Shown: positions 11,331 through 25,451, numbered from the whole stretch's first letter. The stretch: DNA of 62,994 nt, filler included, from Rhabdomonas costata (GCA_019059605.1; 36 parts of 36 records of this genome joined end to end with filler, not necessarily neighbours in it), one strand, 5' to 3'. Notes: generated by a model from the sequence alone, not told the origin. Made by a program: numbers and translations.

Positions 11331-14261
11331 AAGAACGGCAAGTTCCACCAAACGGCAAATGGACTCGCCCATTGCCCAGTCACTCACCAACCACACAACC
11401 CAAGTTTGCGCGCGTGTTCCATGCTTCTATTTGTATCCCCGCGTGTTCTCTATTTCCGCTTCTCACCTTCGCCAGTTTTGCTGAAGCCTGCATGGTGCTG
11501 ACTCTTGTCTTCAAAAAATGCTGTCCGCTGGATGCGGTAAAAGGGTTACCAAAGAGTCGCCAAGACACGACAAAAGGACGAGGTTGAAGTTTGAGAATTT
11601 CCTGCCAAGTACCTGCAGCATTTCGGGAGGTCTACTGTGTGTAAAAGACGCCAGGCCTGCTCTGCTCTTCGCCCTCTTACAGGCTGTGACTGCAAAGTAT
11701 CCAAGAAAGAGTTTCTTTTGTAGATAATTTTAAGAATGAAAATAAACACCCAGGGAAACCACACTGAAAAAGCACACAATCATGTTGTCGTAACCACGTC
11801 GTCGGTCCTCAATTCCTAGTTAAAATTTTCTCTTTTGTTATTTTTGTTTAACATTTCAAATATCTTGTGGGTGGGCGGACGTCGGAAATAATTAATAATT
11901 AATAATTTTATTATAGGAACAACGGCATTCCAAAAATTGTGATGTTTGGTGAGTTTCTGGGGAGTTGCATTTTGGCTCTTTTCTACGCTTTTTTTTTTGC
12001 TGTGGTGGTTTCTCTTTCGTACGAGAGGTGTGCTCCCGTTGCTCGCGACTCCCGGCTCAGCCGGGCCTGCCCCCAATGCGGGCAGCACTGCCAGGATGCC
12101 CCCGCGAACCAAGAGGCCGCGCTCGGCGGCTTGACACAGCGATTGAGGCCCACTTGTCCACCCTTGACTNNNNNNNNNNNNNNNNNNNNNNNNNNNNNNN
12201 NNNNNNNNNNNNNTTAATTAATTAANNNNNNNNNNNNNNNNNNNNNNNNNNNNNNNNNNNNNNNNNNNNATCTGCGAGCGATTGTGGTGCTTTCTGTCCC
12301 AAGAGTTTCCTGTCGCTCGCTCAGCTGGTCTGGTTTTCTTCATTTTTGATCGTTTGGCTTGTCCTCCTTGGGGCTCTGGTTGCTGCCAATGTGACCGCAA
12401 CGTGCACCTGTGCCAGCTACTTCGATGCGCTTTCTGTCACGCTATGTGCTTTGGTTTGTGAGGTATGACCTGCCAAGTTTCTTTGCTTCTTCTTTGCTTG
12501 GGCAACTTCTTGGGTCATGGACTACGTGTCTACGCTTTCCGGAACCTGTTGCATGGATAAATTGCGCCCATCAGGATGAGGCGGAGACGAAATCCACGTC
12601 TATCTTTCCTTCGGATTGGTTTCTTGTCTTCGTTGTTCTCTTGATCTCCTTCGCTACCCATCATCATGCGAGGTACCTCGCATGCAGTCACTACCTAACA
12701 ACACATTGCGAGCGCAGCGAGGAGCATCAGCGACGAAGGGTAGCGCAGCGCCGCTCACTAGGATTGTCCCCTTTTTTCCTGTCAGACCGAAAATCTCGAC
12801 ACCTTTTCCCTACACAAATTTTTTGGCCTTTGACCCCAGGCCGGTCCAATTTTGTCGATTCTCTCTCCCCGCTCATCCTCCCGGATAAACCTTTTCAAAA
12901 CTCATCCAAAACTCAGCACGCCTAGGCGTTACCTCAACAACCCCAAAAACCTCAAAAACCGGACTTTCCTCCAGTACCGCGCTCTGTAGCCAAAAGCGGC
13001 CTCTGACCAAAACGCCCGATTACCCAAGATGAACGGACTTTAGTGTGGCATAAACGCTCCACCTGTTGCCCATTTCAATGGGACGACGCCCCTCTTCAAT
13101 TGCGGCGACCGCGGCGGCGCACGGGCAAGGAGACAGGACCCAAATAAGAAAGCCAGGCAAAAAGGATTCTGCACGGCCTCGGACGCAGCACACTGCACGG
13201 CAAATGAAGGCACCGTGGAAGCGGAAGCCGGTGCACCAAAACAAACGCACAGAATCAACTGAAACTTTGCCGTTGTGGTTGGTGGCCGGCCATTCCCCCC
13301 AGGACGGTGGGCCCTACATCCTTGCTTCCTGCCGAAACCGTGGCCGTTCCGGGCAACGCCCTGGCCGCCTTTCCTTACTTTTTGTCGCCTTCCTTGTCCT
13401 TTTTTGTCCTACTCCCGCGTTTTTCTGGTGCCTGCCCCCAACAACCTCAAAACGAGGAAGCCCCCAAAATTCCGGACGCAAATGGCCCCCGCCGCGGCTC
13501 CCCTATGTAAAATCCTTCTCCTTTTGTCTTGTCGTTTCTTTGTACCGCCGTTTGCCCTGCGGGTTGTCTCCCTGATTTTTTTCCCGACTTTCTCCCCAAC
13601 ATACTTTCCCCATTGAAATCGCTTTAGCGTGCCGCCGCGCCCCCCCGTTTTAATCCCACCAAAACCGCCTGATAAACAAGCGCCCAAGGCGAATTCAAAA
13701 GCGCCGGCTTTATCCCCCACCAATTCTATACAGCGGCCACGCGCGGACCTTCAAAGAACACAGCGCCCGATTTCGACGGATCGGTGAGACGATGGCTGGT
13801 TCCAGACACCAGCATATTTCCGATTTAAGTCCTTGCTAAATCAAGGGCTCTTGGCCCACTTGATGGGCGAAAAGTAATGCCTTTGACGTCGTAGATTAAA
13901 AAAATGGTGGCAAACACCCACCNNNNNNNNNNNNNNNNNNNNNNNNNNNNNNNNNNNNNNNNNNNNTTAATTAATTAANNNNNNNNNNNNNNNNNNNNNN
14001 NNNNNNNNNNNNNNNNNNNNNNGTTGGTGTGTTTGGTGGGTGGTGGGAAAAGGTTCCGCAAGGATCCTATTTTGAACAAAGCTATCAGTATCTTCAAATT
14101 CACATGAACAGAAACAAGGGCATGGCCGCATAGACGGAGTGCCACCAAAGGCTACAAATAAGGCTACTATTACTGCCACCGACCCATCGCCCCTGCCTGG
14201 GAGAGTAAACAACAGACCACACACGCAAACAAGCTGACAGCATCGTGTTCGGTTATCAAGA

Positions 14262-14262
<1 letters not shown>

Positions 14263-14320
<58 letters not shown>
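14263..14320. repeat. (CAAG)n microsatellite, about 14 units
   Basis: Seen directly. Confidence 0.92.
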
Positions 14321-14321
<1 letters not shown>

Positions 14322-14415
14322 AGCCAGGGAGGACAGAAACGCACAGGGGGAATAGAAGGGGGGAAAGCAATCCGATCAGAGAGGTCATCAGATGAGCAAG
14401 AGAAGAGAAAGACAC

Positions 14416-15662
14416 CGCCATCGATAGTGTCCCAGGCCAAGTGAATCTTTGCGTACGCCTTCTCCAGGACCTGAGAGCATCCCAACCCACAAAAAAGCCT
14501 CATTCACATTTCGGCAATGCAGGAACCCAAAGGAGTGAGAAAAGGGGACAAACGTTTGAATATGTTTATTTATACGTGCGGACGTGTGTCGAACCTGCAG
14601 CCCATGCAAATTTAGGTGAGATCTGAAGCGGTTATTGAAGCAGACGGAACACAACAATAGTCCGTACAGTTTGCATGGTGGGAAACCCATATGGAAAAGC
14701 CACATCCAAATTTACAGATTCTGAGGTGGGCGAGTTTACAAAAGTGAATGCGCGGAAAGACTTAAAACCTGTGGCCACAGTTCGTCCCCCGGGGCAGAGG
14801 CGTACAGGGGTCCACGATGTGGGTTGGCCGCCACCCAGTCATCGACGATCACCCACTGCGTGCAAGATAGTGAGAAGAGGAGATTATTTATGGTTTCAGC
14901 TCCTAATCATCTTCAACCAAAGCCAGCGTTCTTCTTTGGGCCTGGGCCTGACGAAACCGCTCAAACCCCGCCTGACAAATTCGAGAGAAAATTGAGCAGT
15001 CAGGAGCGACGCACTTCATCCTTTATGGAGACCTGGGAGTATCGGTGGAGGGTGGAGTCGGTATAAGGTGTGCGTCTGTGTGCGTGTGTGATTTCTTCCC
15101 ACCTACAACCCCAAGTGTGTGTGTGTGTGTTGGGCGCATAGCTGGCTGTTGGCTGATTGACTGTTGGTGACCGCTGTGGATTGATGGGCGCGCTGTCGGC
15201 CACGGGTGCTCGCGAGTGGTACCGTTGGAGCGAATGACGGAACGAATGACCAGAGTGAACGGGGAAGTGGGGTGGAAGCTCTCCGCCCAAAAAAACTTCC
15301 TTCTGCCCCGGGGGTCCCGGCCTTTGTCGTGCAGCTGCTCTTTTGCAACGGCTTCCTGCACTGCTCCATTGCTGATTGGGTCTCAGGCTCCACACTCTTC
15401 TTTTTCTGGCGCTGAGACCTTCTCTCTCGGAAATGACCCTTTGAGCTTTCCTTCAGATGGGTGAGCAAGCAGCAGCGGCATCTGCAGGCGTTGTGTGTGC
15501 GTGTATGTTTTCAAAACCAACTGCAATTCTGCATCTGAGAGTGAAATACCTCCCAGCTTCCGCACTTGAAGAAGCACACGCCGTACACCCCCCACTTCAC
15601 GCTGTGCGCCGCGAACAGCCGCTCCACGGGCTTCAGATGCTGCGCCGAACAGCACGCCAGGG
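14416..15662 (-). CDS. Calpain-family cysteine protease (CysPc domain), exons 15662-15550, 14855-14769, 14470-14416
   Basis: Spliced GT-AG: LACCSAQHLKPVERLFAAHSVKWGVYGVCFFKCGSWE|WVIVDDWVAANPHRGPLYASAPGDELWPQ|VLEKAYAKIHLAWDTIDG. Confidence 0.92.
15151..15367 (-). repeat. Dispersed intronic repeat family A, copy 2 (inside a calpain intron)
   Basis: Homologous to 4942-5140 in the opposite orientation. Confidence 0.85.
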
Positions 15663-15977
15663 CTGAGACTGCGCNNNNNNNNNNNNNNNNNNNNNNNNNN
15701 NNNNNNNNNNNNNNNNNNTTAATTAATTAANNNNNNNNNNNNNNNNNNNNNNNNNNNNNNNNNNNNNNNNNNNNGGTTGTTGTTTTGATTTCCGTCCCTG
15801 TTCTATTTCTTGTGCTGCTATTCCAGTCTTTGTGGGTCTCACCGGCATAACCACACCATATAAGCTGTTGCCGCACAGCGGTCCTGGCATCAGTATGTGC
15901 CGGCGTGGATGGGAAGGCGACTGGGTGGGGAGAAAAAAAAGAGGAATGAAGAGGAGAGTTATAGGAAATGGGCACAC

Positions 15978-17013
15978 CCTTGTGCTCCTTCATGCTGGCC
16001 TCCATGACCTGGGACTCGTGACCTATTCTCCATACCCGCACCTGAGCGAGGAAGTGAGGCAATGTAGAGGTAGCGAATTGAGAAAAGCAGTGAGCAGTGA
16101 GGAGGTGCGCCAGTGAGGCCCAAAAGGCGGTGAAAATGAAGCCCAAAACGGACCCTATAATTGGGGAAGGTGCCAGTTAATTCAATTATCACCATTCCAC
16201 CAAGTATGGCCCAACCGGCCAATATAGCTAGGTATGGATAAACCGATTCCCCAACCGTAACCGAAATGGTCCACCACCATCCCGTTTCCGTGCAAAGGCG
16301 CAGTGGAGGACAGATGCTACTGGAAGACGCCATTGTTGCCTCTGCCCCTGGGGCGTGTGTGTGTGAAGGGGGGGGTGGGGTGGACCTGAGAGTCTGCGCC
16401 ACCGCTGATGAGCCTGGTGTTGTCATGGCTGACGGCCAACGCGGTGACCCCGCTGAGGTTCCCGCTCACCTGTATTCACAGTGATGTGTGTTCTGAGCCG
16501 TAAACAGAACTGCACAGCACATGGCTGGGATGATGGGATAAGACTCGAACTTCTCAAACCCTACTAAAACAACAGGATAATCCACAATTCACTTCAACAA
16601 GCCAAACAAACACGGAATCACCTGATAAACATTGTGCCTTCGGCCCACTAGTCACTTAGCAGAACTCCATATCTCTGTATCAAAACGATTTATTCAGGTC
16701 GTCCCCCAGAAAACCTACCGGGTTCTATACATAACAGGTGCCTCGCATACCGTCACCAAAAAAACGTCACATACCATTTTTTGGGTGTAACTTACCAATT
16801 ATTGTGAGTTTCCGGATGTACCTTACCGCAAAACTGTCAAGCGGAATGTTCTTGTGAGTGAGCCTGCATCCATCCAGCACAGTGAACGGGTACGCGGCTG
16901 AAGGGCGGAGGGTATTACCCTTTTCATGCCCTGAGTCTTGTGCGCGTCATTGATGACGTACAGCAGGCGCCCCGTTTGCGGACCAAAGGCACGGATCTTC
17001 CCATCACTCCACC
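15978..17013 (-). CDS. CFAP52: Cilia- and flagella-associated protein 52 (WD40), exons 17013-16919, 16469-16386, 16041-15978
   Basis: Spliced GT-AG: WSDGKIRAFGPQTGRLLYVINDAHKTQGMKR|VSGNLSGVTALAVSHDNTRLISGGADSQ|VRVWRIGHESQVMEASMKEHK, matching WDR16/FAP52. Confidence 0.93.
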
Positions 17014-17252
17014 CTGAACGATACATAGGGTCCAAAGGGATTCAAATGCACGCGGCCAGACGTCAGATTACTGTCAAGATTTCTGTAGGCGGCTAAGCAG
17101 TATAAATCTACGATCGCACATCTGGGTGCCTCGAATAAGTGGCCAGAGGTCAGGCCGGGCTTTGAGGTGCCGGTGGTCGGAGCCGCTTCCGGTGCTGGTG
17201 CGGGTGACAAGGTTGAAGGTTGCAAATCTATTCCAGCTATATTTTCTGACAG

Positions 17253-17310
17253 CATGATGGTCTCATGATAGTCGCATGATAGTCATGATAATCATGATAG
17301 CATCATAGTC
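17253..17310. repeat. Short degenerate tandem repeat of CATGATAGT-like units
   Basis: catgatggtct catgatagtcg catgatagt catgataat catgatag. Confidence 0.7.
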
Positions 17311-17575
17311 TCGCACCAACACAAAACAGTTGCTGTGAATGTCCAGATTACGACACAGATGACGACGACCGCGGTCGTCAAGACGCCAAGCGAACCGTTT
17401 TTTCCTTTGACGCCATTTTGCCCCCAANNNNNNNNNNNNNNNNNNNNNNNNNNNNNNNNNNNNNNNNNNNNTTAATTAATTAANNNNNNNNNNNNNNNNN
17501 NNNNNNNNNNNNNNNNNNNNNNNNNNNAGACCTTTGGTGGGCATCGGGTGGCCCTTTTTGTTAATCTTTTCTCAG

Positions 17576-18560
17576 GTGGTGTACTCACGGCTGAGGGGAG
17601 GCATGGTGGGGGACCTCCTGAAGCACTACACGGTGGAACACTACGTGAGGTTCCACATCTACCTCATGGAGCGCAGCCGTGAGAGGTTTGCATGTCTGGG
17701 GTTCCTTACTCGATCGACTGTATTTTGGAAGTCCCTAACTCAAAATCGTTCTTGGCTGAGTTTTGCGTTCTTGGTGCTGCTTTGCGCCTACAAGCCACAG
17801 CTTTATCCGAACTCAGGCTCGTATCAAATCTGGATGAAGAGCTACGGAGCCCCTTAGTATGTTCGAGTTCTGGCAAGCTGCTCAAGCATTCCATGGTTGC
17901 CTTTCTGGATAGCGGTTATTGTGTGGTTGTCTTGGGCACATTATGCATTCATATGGATGTGGTGAGCGATTATTTCAACATGGTGTGGATGTAGGAGATG
18001 CTGTCAGCTGCAAGCTCACGAGGACCTCTCACACGATTTTGTCTCCGCCTGAGCGGGGTTGTATGCCTGTGTATAGTGGTTAAGCCCCCGACCCTCTGCA
18101 ACCTGTTGTCGACCTATGGTGAGCAAAGTGAAAATGCTGAATGGATGGTGTTTTCTACCTGATGCCATGAGCAAGCTTGGGACCAATGTTCTCCACCTTT
18201 GAGAAGTGGTTTACTGCTTTCTCTGTTGTAAAACAGATACCGCCTGGCGCGCCGGAACAAGGTGGTCACCATCATTGACCTCGCGGAGGTCTCTTTATGG
18301 ACCCTGATGAACTCCACCGTCACCAGTGCCGCCCGCCAGACCTTCGGCCTGGACCAGGAGCGGTACCCCGAGCACGCTCGGATGATATTCGTGATAAACG
18401 CCCCGACAGGCTTTCCCACGGTGTGGGGTACCCTGAAGGGGTTTCTGGACCCCAGGGTACAGGCCAAGATCCACATCCTGGGCAAGAACTTCCTCCCGCA
18501 CCTGCTGGAATACATCGACGTCAGACAGATCCCGCCGGAGTTTGGAGGGCAGGGCACCCC
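17576..18560 (+). CDS. CRAL-TRIO (Sec14-like) lipid-binding protein, exons 17576-17685 and 18237-about 18560
   Basis: Phase-2 GT-AG splice; VVTIIDL, QERYPEHARMIFVINAPTGFPTVWGTLKGFLDPRVQAKIHILG...LLEYIDVRQIPPEFGG; 3' boundary of second exon uncertain. Confidence 0.93.
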
Positions 18561-21262
18561 GTTTGTTGCCCTGGGTGGGGACCCCAGGACCTACCGCTGC
18601 CCTCAGCCTTTGAGCTCGAGCTCGGCGAAAAAGGGGAGGAAAAAGGGAGGTGTTGGGGTTCTAACTATCAGTGATTCCTAGCATTGTATAGAACAGTGGC
18701 CAAGACGGTCCTTCGTGACTGAAGGGAGGTCGGCAGTACTGCGCTGGGCCATGATTTAACTTCCTCAGTACGCTAAATGCAACAGGTCCGGCGACGGAGC
18801 TTGCAATATCAACGTCCTGATCTTTGGAAGACCTGCCCTGTCAGGTCTATCGTTGTCTTGTAGGCGGCACCGAGCAGCTGATGGTTGTAAGGATTGTCCG
18901 GGTGACTGGTTTTGAAACCTGCTCCGCGATTTTTGAAATCATACCGGCTCGGCCTCTACAAGCAATTGTCAAAGACCGTAACACTGGCGTTTCCTATGTC
19001 AGCACAGCAACTGCGCGGTGTTTAGAGCCTTCTCACATCAATGGCCTGCGCCGGAGTAGGCGTACGGGCATTAAATGAGGGGGACGAGACGTGCCCCCTG
19101 TAGGGTCCCCAAAATGCATTGATAGGGGGAATCACCAGTCCCCACAATGGAAGTCATCCGAGTTGTAGACACCCCACCCCNNNNNNNNNNNNNNNNNNNN
19201 NNNNNNNNNNNNNNNNNNNNNNNNTTAATTAATTAANNNNNNNNNNNNNNNNNNNNNNNNNNNNNNNNNNNNNNNNNNNNGTGTTGGGGTAGTTGGCTGG
19301 ATTAAGTTTTCTGTTTCCATCCAGCGCCTCCCCACCAGTTGTTGATCTTAGGGGGTTAGGTAACGATGCATTGCAGCTGGGATCCTACGGGAGAAATGGT
19401 CTTCAACCGAGGAAACCATCTTCAACTGATTAGCGGGGGGGGGGGGAGGCGTGTGAACTTCAAGCTCGCCGAATGAAACAACTGAAGGCATCGATATTTT
19501 TGTCGGCGGTGGGCAGAGGGTAGGGAGAAGGAGGCCGGACCGTTCGATTGGAAGCTGGGGCGCTTGAGGTGCAGCGAGAGCGGCGAGAAAGAGACGCTTC
19601 GTGTCATCAGACCACTACAATCCAAACACGCCACAGCACACAGAACCTTTAGGGCCTTCAGTTCATTGTTGCGGCGGCGGACGTGACGTGCCATGAGGTA
19701 CCTGCGGGAAGGAGAGCAAAAGAAGCATACCCGCAGAAAGCCACATGCGCCCACAAACGCAACCAAACAGTTGTAGCAGTTGTAACAGCTCCAGCCGTGT
19801 GGCCAGGACGTCCGGGGTAAAGGGTCTCCGAAATTCCTTTCCGCAGTACACCCCCAGCTCCCGCCTGCAGGCACTCCCGTTATGTGCGCAGGTAAATTTC
19901 CTTCGTGGACTCTGCGGATCTCCCTGTGGGCAATAGACCACAGGCGCGCCCGGTATTCGGCCGGCCTTTCCTCAGTTACCTTTTTCCATGTCACTTTCAC
20001 TTTTGCATTTTTGCAGGCTTTTGCGGTGAAGCCCGCGGCTTCGCCGAAAAAACCATAATGAAAACGATCCAAAGAGGCGAGCGGTGGGATGCAGGGGGTT
20101 CCCAATAGTTCTGATCGAAGAACGGCACGCTGGAACAGCACGGTGAAGCGGGGCTCTGTTTGCCTCCGAGTTAGCCCATCCTGCGACAATTTTAGTGAAA
20201 TATTGATTGCCCACAATCGGAAAAACAGAACTGTTTTCTGCGGACGCGAGCTGAGTGTGTGCCGGATGCAGTGTTGGTGCACGTTATAGAGGAAGAGGGG
20301 CATGCCAAGCGATTCCCGCGATGAGCCAAAGCACGTGCCCCACGGCGCAGCTGACCCAAAGAGCGTTGAGGTGCCGGACCAATGCCCGGAAATCGTCTTC
20401 GCAGGTGGCCTCCGAAGCGGAAGGGGAAGGGTTCGCAACCACCTTTTTCGTATTTGGCGGCGGCAGCGGTGGTATAGGGGACCGAGATTGATTCTCAGCA
20501 ACCCATAAAGTGAGCAAATGGCACCAGCGAGGACAACTTCAACCGGATTCCCACACATTGGGACAACTGTATTGGGAGGGTGTGTGCGGGGTTAATTGCT
20601 TAAGATCCTGAAAAACGTTTTGAGCCCTTGCGAATCGATTGGAACAGGTATTTTAGAGGCGGAAGCCAGCCTGCGGCTCGGCCTCAGCAGACGGATGGGC
20701 AGGTCATGCAAAAATTCGACTTTTGTTGTTAACCGATTCAAACGTTTGAACACCATGAAACACAGAACTTTGTGCGTTTTTGGTGAATTAATTTGTTTGG
20801 CGAAGCAACGGGGAAATGGGCTTGGTCCAGTAAAGCTAATTTCCGAGCACGGAGGTTGGGTGAACTGCGTCAGCACCCACAAGATGGTATTTTCCTCCCC
20901 TCCCCTCCCTTTCCTTGCCCCTCTCACCCTCTNNNNNNNNNNNNNNNNNNNNNNNNNNNNNNNNNNNNNNNNNNNNTTAATTAATTAANNNNNNNNNNNN
21001 NNNNNNNNNNNNNNNNNNNNNNNNNNNNNNNNGGAATGCAATACATCTCCTGTCTTCTTTTTTCTTTTTTATGTGACTCGTTTCTCCCCATCATCGCTGG
21101 CCTTTACGTGTGTGTGTCTTTTCTGTCTGCAAGTCGCACATACACAAGCTCGAACAGACACCACTGACCTTAAGTCAAAGGAAAGACTGTTTCTCATCGT
21201 TGTACATCACACACTCGCACCGTGGTGGGGTGCATCTTGCCCTCTGGCCGTTTTTTCTGCAG

Positions 21263-22476
21263 GCCTTGGACTTGGAGCAGTTTGGCGCCAGTGTGGTGGT
21301 GCGGGACCGGCCTGGGCTTCTTGCCAAGCTAGCGGCCCTGCAGGCCGGTGGCCCTGCCCTGCTCGAGGTATGGTGCACCATGTCATGAATCGTTCGAGCC
21401 CCGCGTTTATATGGCGAAATTTGAAGGCTCTCGTTCTTCATGTGTTTTGTGAATAGGCAAGGCGCTTTAGATTTTTGTGGTTCAGGACTAGTAAGTCGAG
21501 TTTGTGGGGTGATACATCAGCTTCGTTTGCTTGATGAGGTGGGGGCGGCTTCATTTTTTGGGCCCACCGGGCTATCCTTTCAACCTGCAGCTTCGTGAAT
21601 GGGGGGGTGTCCCTGCGTTCTCTTTGTGGCTTGCCCTCAAAGGTTCTCAGTGACTTTGACCGCACGCTGACCTTTCAGTTCAACTCCGACGGCATCGCGC
21701 AGTCGTCGTACTACATGCTGTACGAGTCAAAGTATCCATGCCTCCTGCCCGTCTCTCTGGGCGGTGCTTTCAGTGCTTTTTGTTGGAAAGACCTTTACCG
21801 TGCGCCTTAATGTTATTTGGTGGGTGACTTCCAGGGTCGTAAAGTGGCTCAAACTCGGAACCTTTTTGCGGCGCGTTTTGTGAACTATGGTGAGTCTCTT
21901 TCAGGTCATGTCATTATGAGCGTTTTTTACTAGGTATTCCCGTACCCAAAAATGGAAGTGAAGGACTGTTTCTTGTAACCCCACCACCACCATCGCTCTC
22001 TCTTTACACCACAGCACTCCTGAATCTTGCCTTGATCCCCTCCCATCATGTCCCGAGCCGATAGCGAATCCTTGTAATGCTGTTGCCCCTCCTCCCCTTT
22101 TTTCCCCTCCCCTGTCTCCCTTCCATCCTCATGCCAACGGGTGCTCTCTTTGGACAGGAAGTTTTCCCGCTCGCATGAGCTGGTGAGGCAAATACCCAGA
22201 AGCTCCTTGCTGCAATACCCGTCATACTTTTTCAAGCATTTCCCTCCAGCAGTAAAGCACCAGTTTTCTTTCTATGCTCCGGGGTAACCCGAATCTGTTT
22301 CTCAAAGTTTCTCAAAGCAAAGTTGGCACATAGGATACCTCTGTGTGACGGATGTCGTCGCCTTTGCTGGCAGTGTGTTCTCCAGCTCCCTGAAGGACTC
22401 GTGCCTCACCCTTTTCCACAAGTACTACCCCATCGAGACGGACCCCCACCGGCCCGAGGAAGAGAAGCTTCCTTTG
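21263..22476 (+). CDS. NT5C3: Pyrimidine 5'-nucleotidase / cytosolic 5'-nucleotidase III (HAD family), exons 21263-21367, 21643-21731, 22374-22476
   Basis: Spliced GT-AG: ...LAKLAALQAGGPALLE|VLSDFDRTLT...|...LFHKYYPIETDPHRPEEEKLPL (HAD DxDxT plus YYPIE.DP...EEK). Confidence 0.9.
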
Positions 22477-23026
22477 GTCCAGCTAGACCCACATGCATCC
22501 TCTTTTCCTCCTTCTGTCATCTCCATGACAGATGTGCATCATCGCGGACACGTCGGCAGGCCATAGATCAATGCTTTCAGCTAAATGCATAGATAATGAC
22601 CGAACTATGAACATGGCGAAGAAAAAACGAAAAGTGCGCCGTGTGGTGCCGTGAATGTTACGTTCTGTGATGCAAACAAACANNNNNNNNNNNNNNNNNN
22701 NNNNNNNNNNNNNNNNNNNNNNNNNNTTAATTAATTAANNNNNNNNNNNNNNNNNNNNNNNNNNNNNNNNNNNNNNNNNNNNTGTGGTGGGTACATATTG
22801 GTGGGGTATGAAGTTGGTATAAGAAGCGCTTGGATGCCCCAGTGGATCGCTTTCAGGTGCAGATATTTTTAAAGCATTGTGGATGCCGTGGACCGTGGAT
22901 GATGGGGAGAAGAGGGCAGAGTGTCTTCTCCAAACGGTTTCGGCAGTGTCGGGCCCTGCTCCAGTGAGTGGTGATCATGTTTAGAGTAGTTTTGTGCGAG
23001 GGTATGGGTTCGTGGGCTGTGGTCAG

Positions 23027-23987
23027 TGCGGAGGAGGAAGCTGGCGGTGGCGCCGGGGGTGGCAAGCCCAAGTCTGCGGAGGACGCCGTGCTCAGCCTTC
23101 TGCCCAAGAAGCTCAACCACGACCTCAAAAAGGCGGTCGAGCCCAAGCTGGAGCTCCTCCGTCGCCGCACCCAAAAAGTCATCCTTCAGCTCATCCGTAC
23201 GACACCGTCCCTCCTCCCTAGCCCACCGCATTTGCTAGCACCCATCACGACCCACCATCCGAGCATTTTACGAAGAAGATGGATTCAGGAAGAGGGGGGG
23301 TAACGTTTGTTAAACGTCTAAATCTAGTTTTTGCGTTTCCCGTCACAGCGATCCGCGAGAGATCCCAAACCCCATCAAACCCTCAAACATTTAACGGCGC
23401 TTGAGTTTTAGCACACGCACACGCAATTAGAAAAATCTAGGAAAAGGGGAAAAGTTAACCATCAAAAAGCAACCCGGTTGTTATCCAGGAAGGTCCCTCA
23501 TTCATCTGTTTTTCGTGATTCGGGATTCCTGAGAACGAAGCCACGCCTGCCCAGCTGGTTTCCTGATCACACCATTCCGCTTGTGTGGAGTTGTTTTTCT
23601 GACAAGATGTACGTGTTTCCCGCTCCAAAGTCGTCAACCTCGTCGGCTCCAATGATTTTGATGGCTGGTGGGTTGGTGGCACCGTCAGAGGAGAAGGTTG
23701 CGGAGCAAGAGGAGGAGGAGGACGAAGAGGATGACGACGAGGGTGTCGGTGGAGGGGGTGCCAGCGGCTCGGAGGGCAGTGAGCGGAGCGACCGAGACAA
23801 TGAGGATGATGCCAGCCGGGCGTCCAAGCGGAGCCGGTCCAGCGCCAGCGAGGGCAGCGCCGACCCCTCTGACGCGGAGTCTGGCGGCAGTGAGGACGTG
23901 GACCCCAAGGAGGGCGGTGGTGGCGGGGCAGGCAGTGACCGCTCCGCAGAGGACAGCGACGCGGAGCAAAGGGAGAGGTCGAGGTGA
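23027..23987 (+). CDS. CCDC12: Spliceosomal coiled-coil protein cwf18/CCDC12 with long acidic/Ser-rich tail, exons 23027-23196 and 23689-23987
   Basis: LLPKKLNHDLKKAVEPKLELLRRRTQKVILQLI matches the cwf18 P.K..DLK....KLE.L.RRTQ motif; phase-1 splice to terminal exon ending TGA. Confidence 0.8.
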
Positions 23988-25451
23988 GGAGAGCGCCACC
24001 AGGAACGCTGCCAGCACTCTTCACGGAACAACAGGAAACCCAGTCGCTTGCGTGTACTTCGGAGAGCTCGTGTAGAAAGCGTTGGTGGATTGCTGGACTG
24101 CCGGTGTTTTGATGCATGGTTACACATCAGATGCGTGCTGCTGGGAGCTGTTTTTTTTTCACGTAATATAAAATTCGAATTAAAATGGTGAGATGAAACA
24201 TCGATGCCGAAAGGTCGTGTCCTGCACGCGCTTGAGCATCAAGCGATTCATCCAAGTGGTTTGCATCGCTTTAAGTAGTTGCAGACTTTCTTGGACGCGC
24301 ACTGTTCTGCTGTTCTTCTTTTTTCCAAACAAAGGCAACGAAAGATTATACCGGACACAATGCTAAATCGTTTGTCCAAGTCCTCGGGTTTCGACCCCTG
24401 CACACCAAATCCCAAATCCCGAAAAAAACACAAACNNNNNNNNNNNNNNNNNNNNNNNNNNNNNNNNNNNNNNNNNNNNTTAATTAATTAANNNNNNNNN
24501 NNNNNNNNNNNNNNNNNNNNNNNNNNNNNNNNNNNGGGGTTGGGTAAGGAGGAAAAGTGGAGACGGCAAGAAGAGGGCAGGAGAATTTGACAAAATCAGT
24601 CAGAGTGGATAGGAAACGTATGATGATGGCAGAACCTTTGCTGGTGGGACACGCCTTCCGTAGTGATGATACCTCTTCCATCTCTACAGGAAAGGAGATG
24701 AAACAGTCACCTTTTGTTTGGGGCACGTTTCGGCACAGCCGAAGCGGATGTTCTCCACCAGAACTCAATAAGCTCCGTGGGTTAGCATAGAGCTCAGACA
24801 TGGATATTTTACCAAGCCAAAGCAAGCCTCAAATATAGGCGTGTCACTGTTGCGCCTACCGAAGGGACGAAAGCTCGGGTGGGCCTTAGGTTCATGGGAG
24901 ACCTGCACCAGGCCTTCCAGCCCTTCACCCTCCTGCCCACGCGGGTGTGCATGGAGGAGACTCCACTGTGCCTGCGAAGTCCCACCTCGTCTCCACTGGC
25001 AATTGCAAGTGGGCTACCGTCGCCCGTCCCACCTCAGCCTCAGTGGAATTGCTCGCGGTGTCTGCCCGACCAGTTCTGCTACCACACTGACTACAGGTCT
25101 GCGGCCTGCGTGTCGTCTGCATGAGCACACTAACACATCCGCACAAGCACACTCGCATTGGCATCGGTACCCCTGCCACTGCTTGCTCGTAAGGTACTCT
25201 CGCCAGTAACCGTGGTTAATAATAGTATACGGGGCGTGAGACGAAACGCAGGAGTGTTTATCGTGTTTATTTGTCTCGTGAAGGCTGCTGATCCCAAGTT
25301 TAGCCGATGACAGATGGCCCGCCGTAGGCATGCTTACGAGGTTGCTTTGTGGGCGAAACAGGGGGAAGCTCTGGAGTCTCTCCAAGGGCCGGGCAGGCCG
25401 GCGGAGCGCCTCCCCACTGGGGCCCATATGCCCAGCCCCTGAAGCGAATGT

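Noticed and set aside
12270-13922. ORFs of 170 aa and a possible Helitron-like end (gcgagcgcagcgag...cactag near 12708-12761)
   Set aside because: No recognisable protein motif or codon bias; the hairpin is too weak to call
18581-18600. Second possible GA donor (CCCCAG|GACCTA) after the CRAL-TRIO exon
   Set aside because: A normal GTTTGT donor is available at 18561 and no downstream exon constrains the junction
24375-24410. tRNA-like T-arm fragment (also A/B-box-like bits near 18070, 16540 and 37020)
   Set aside because: No complete cloverleaf could be built
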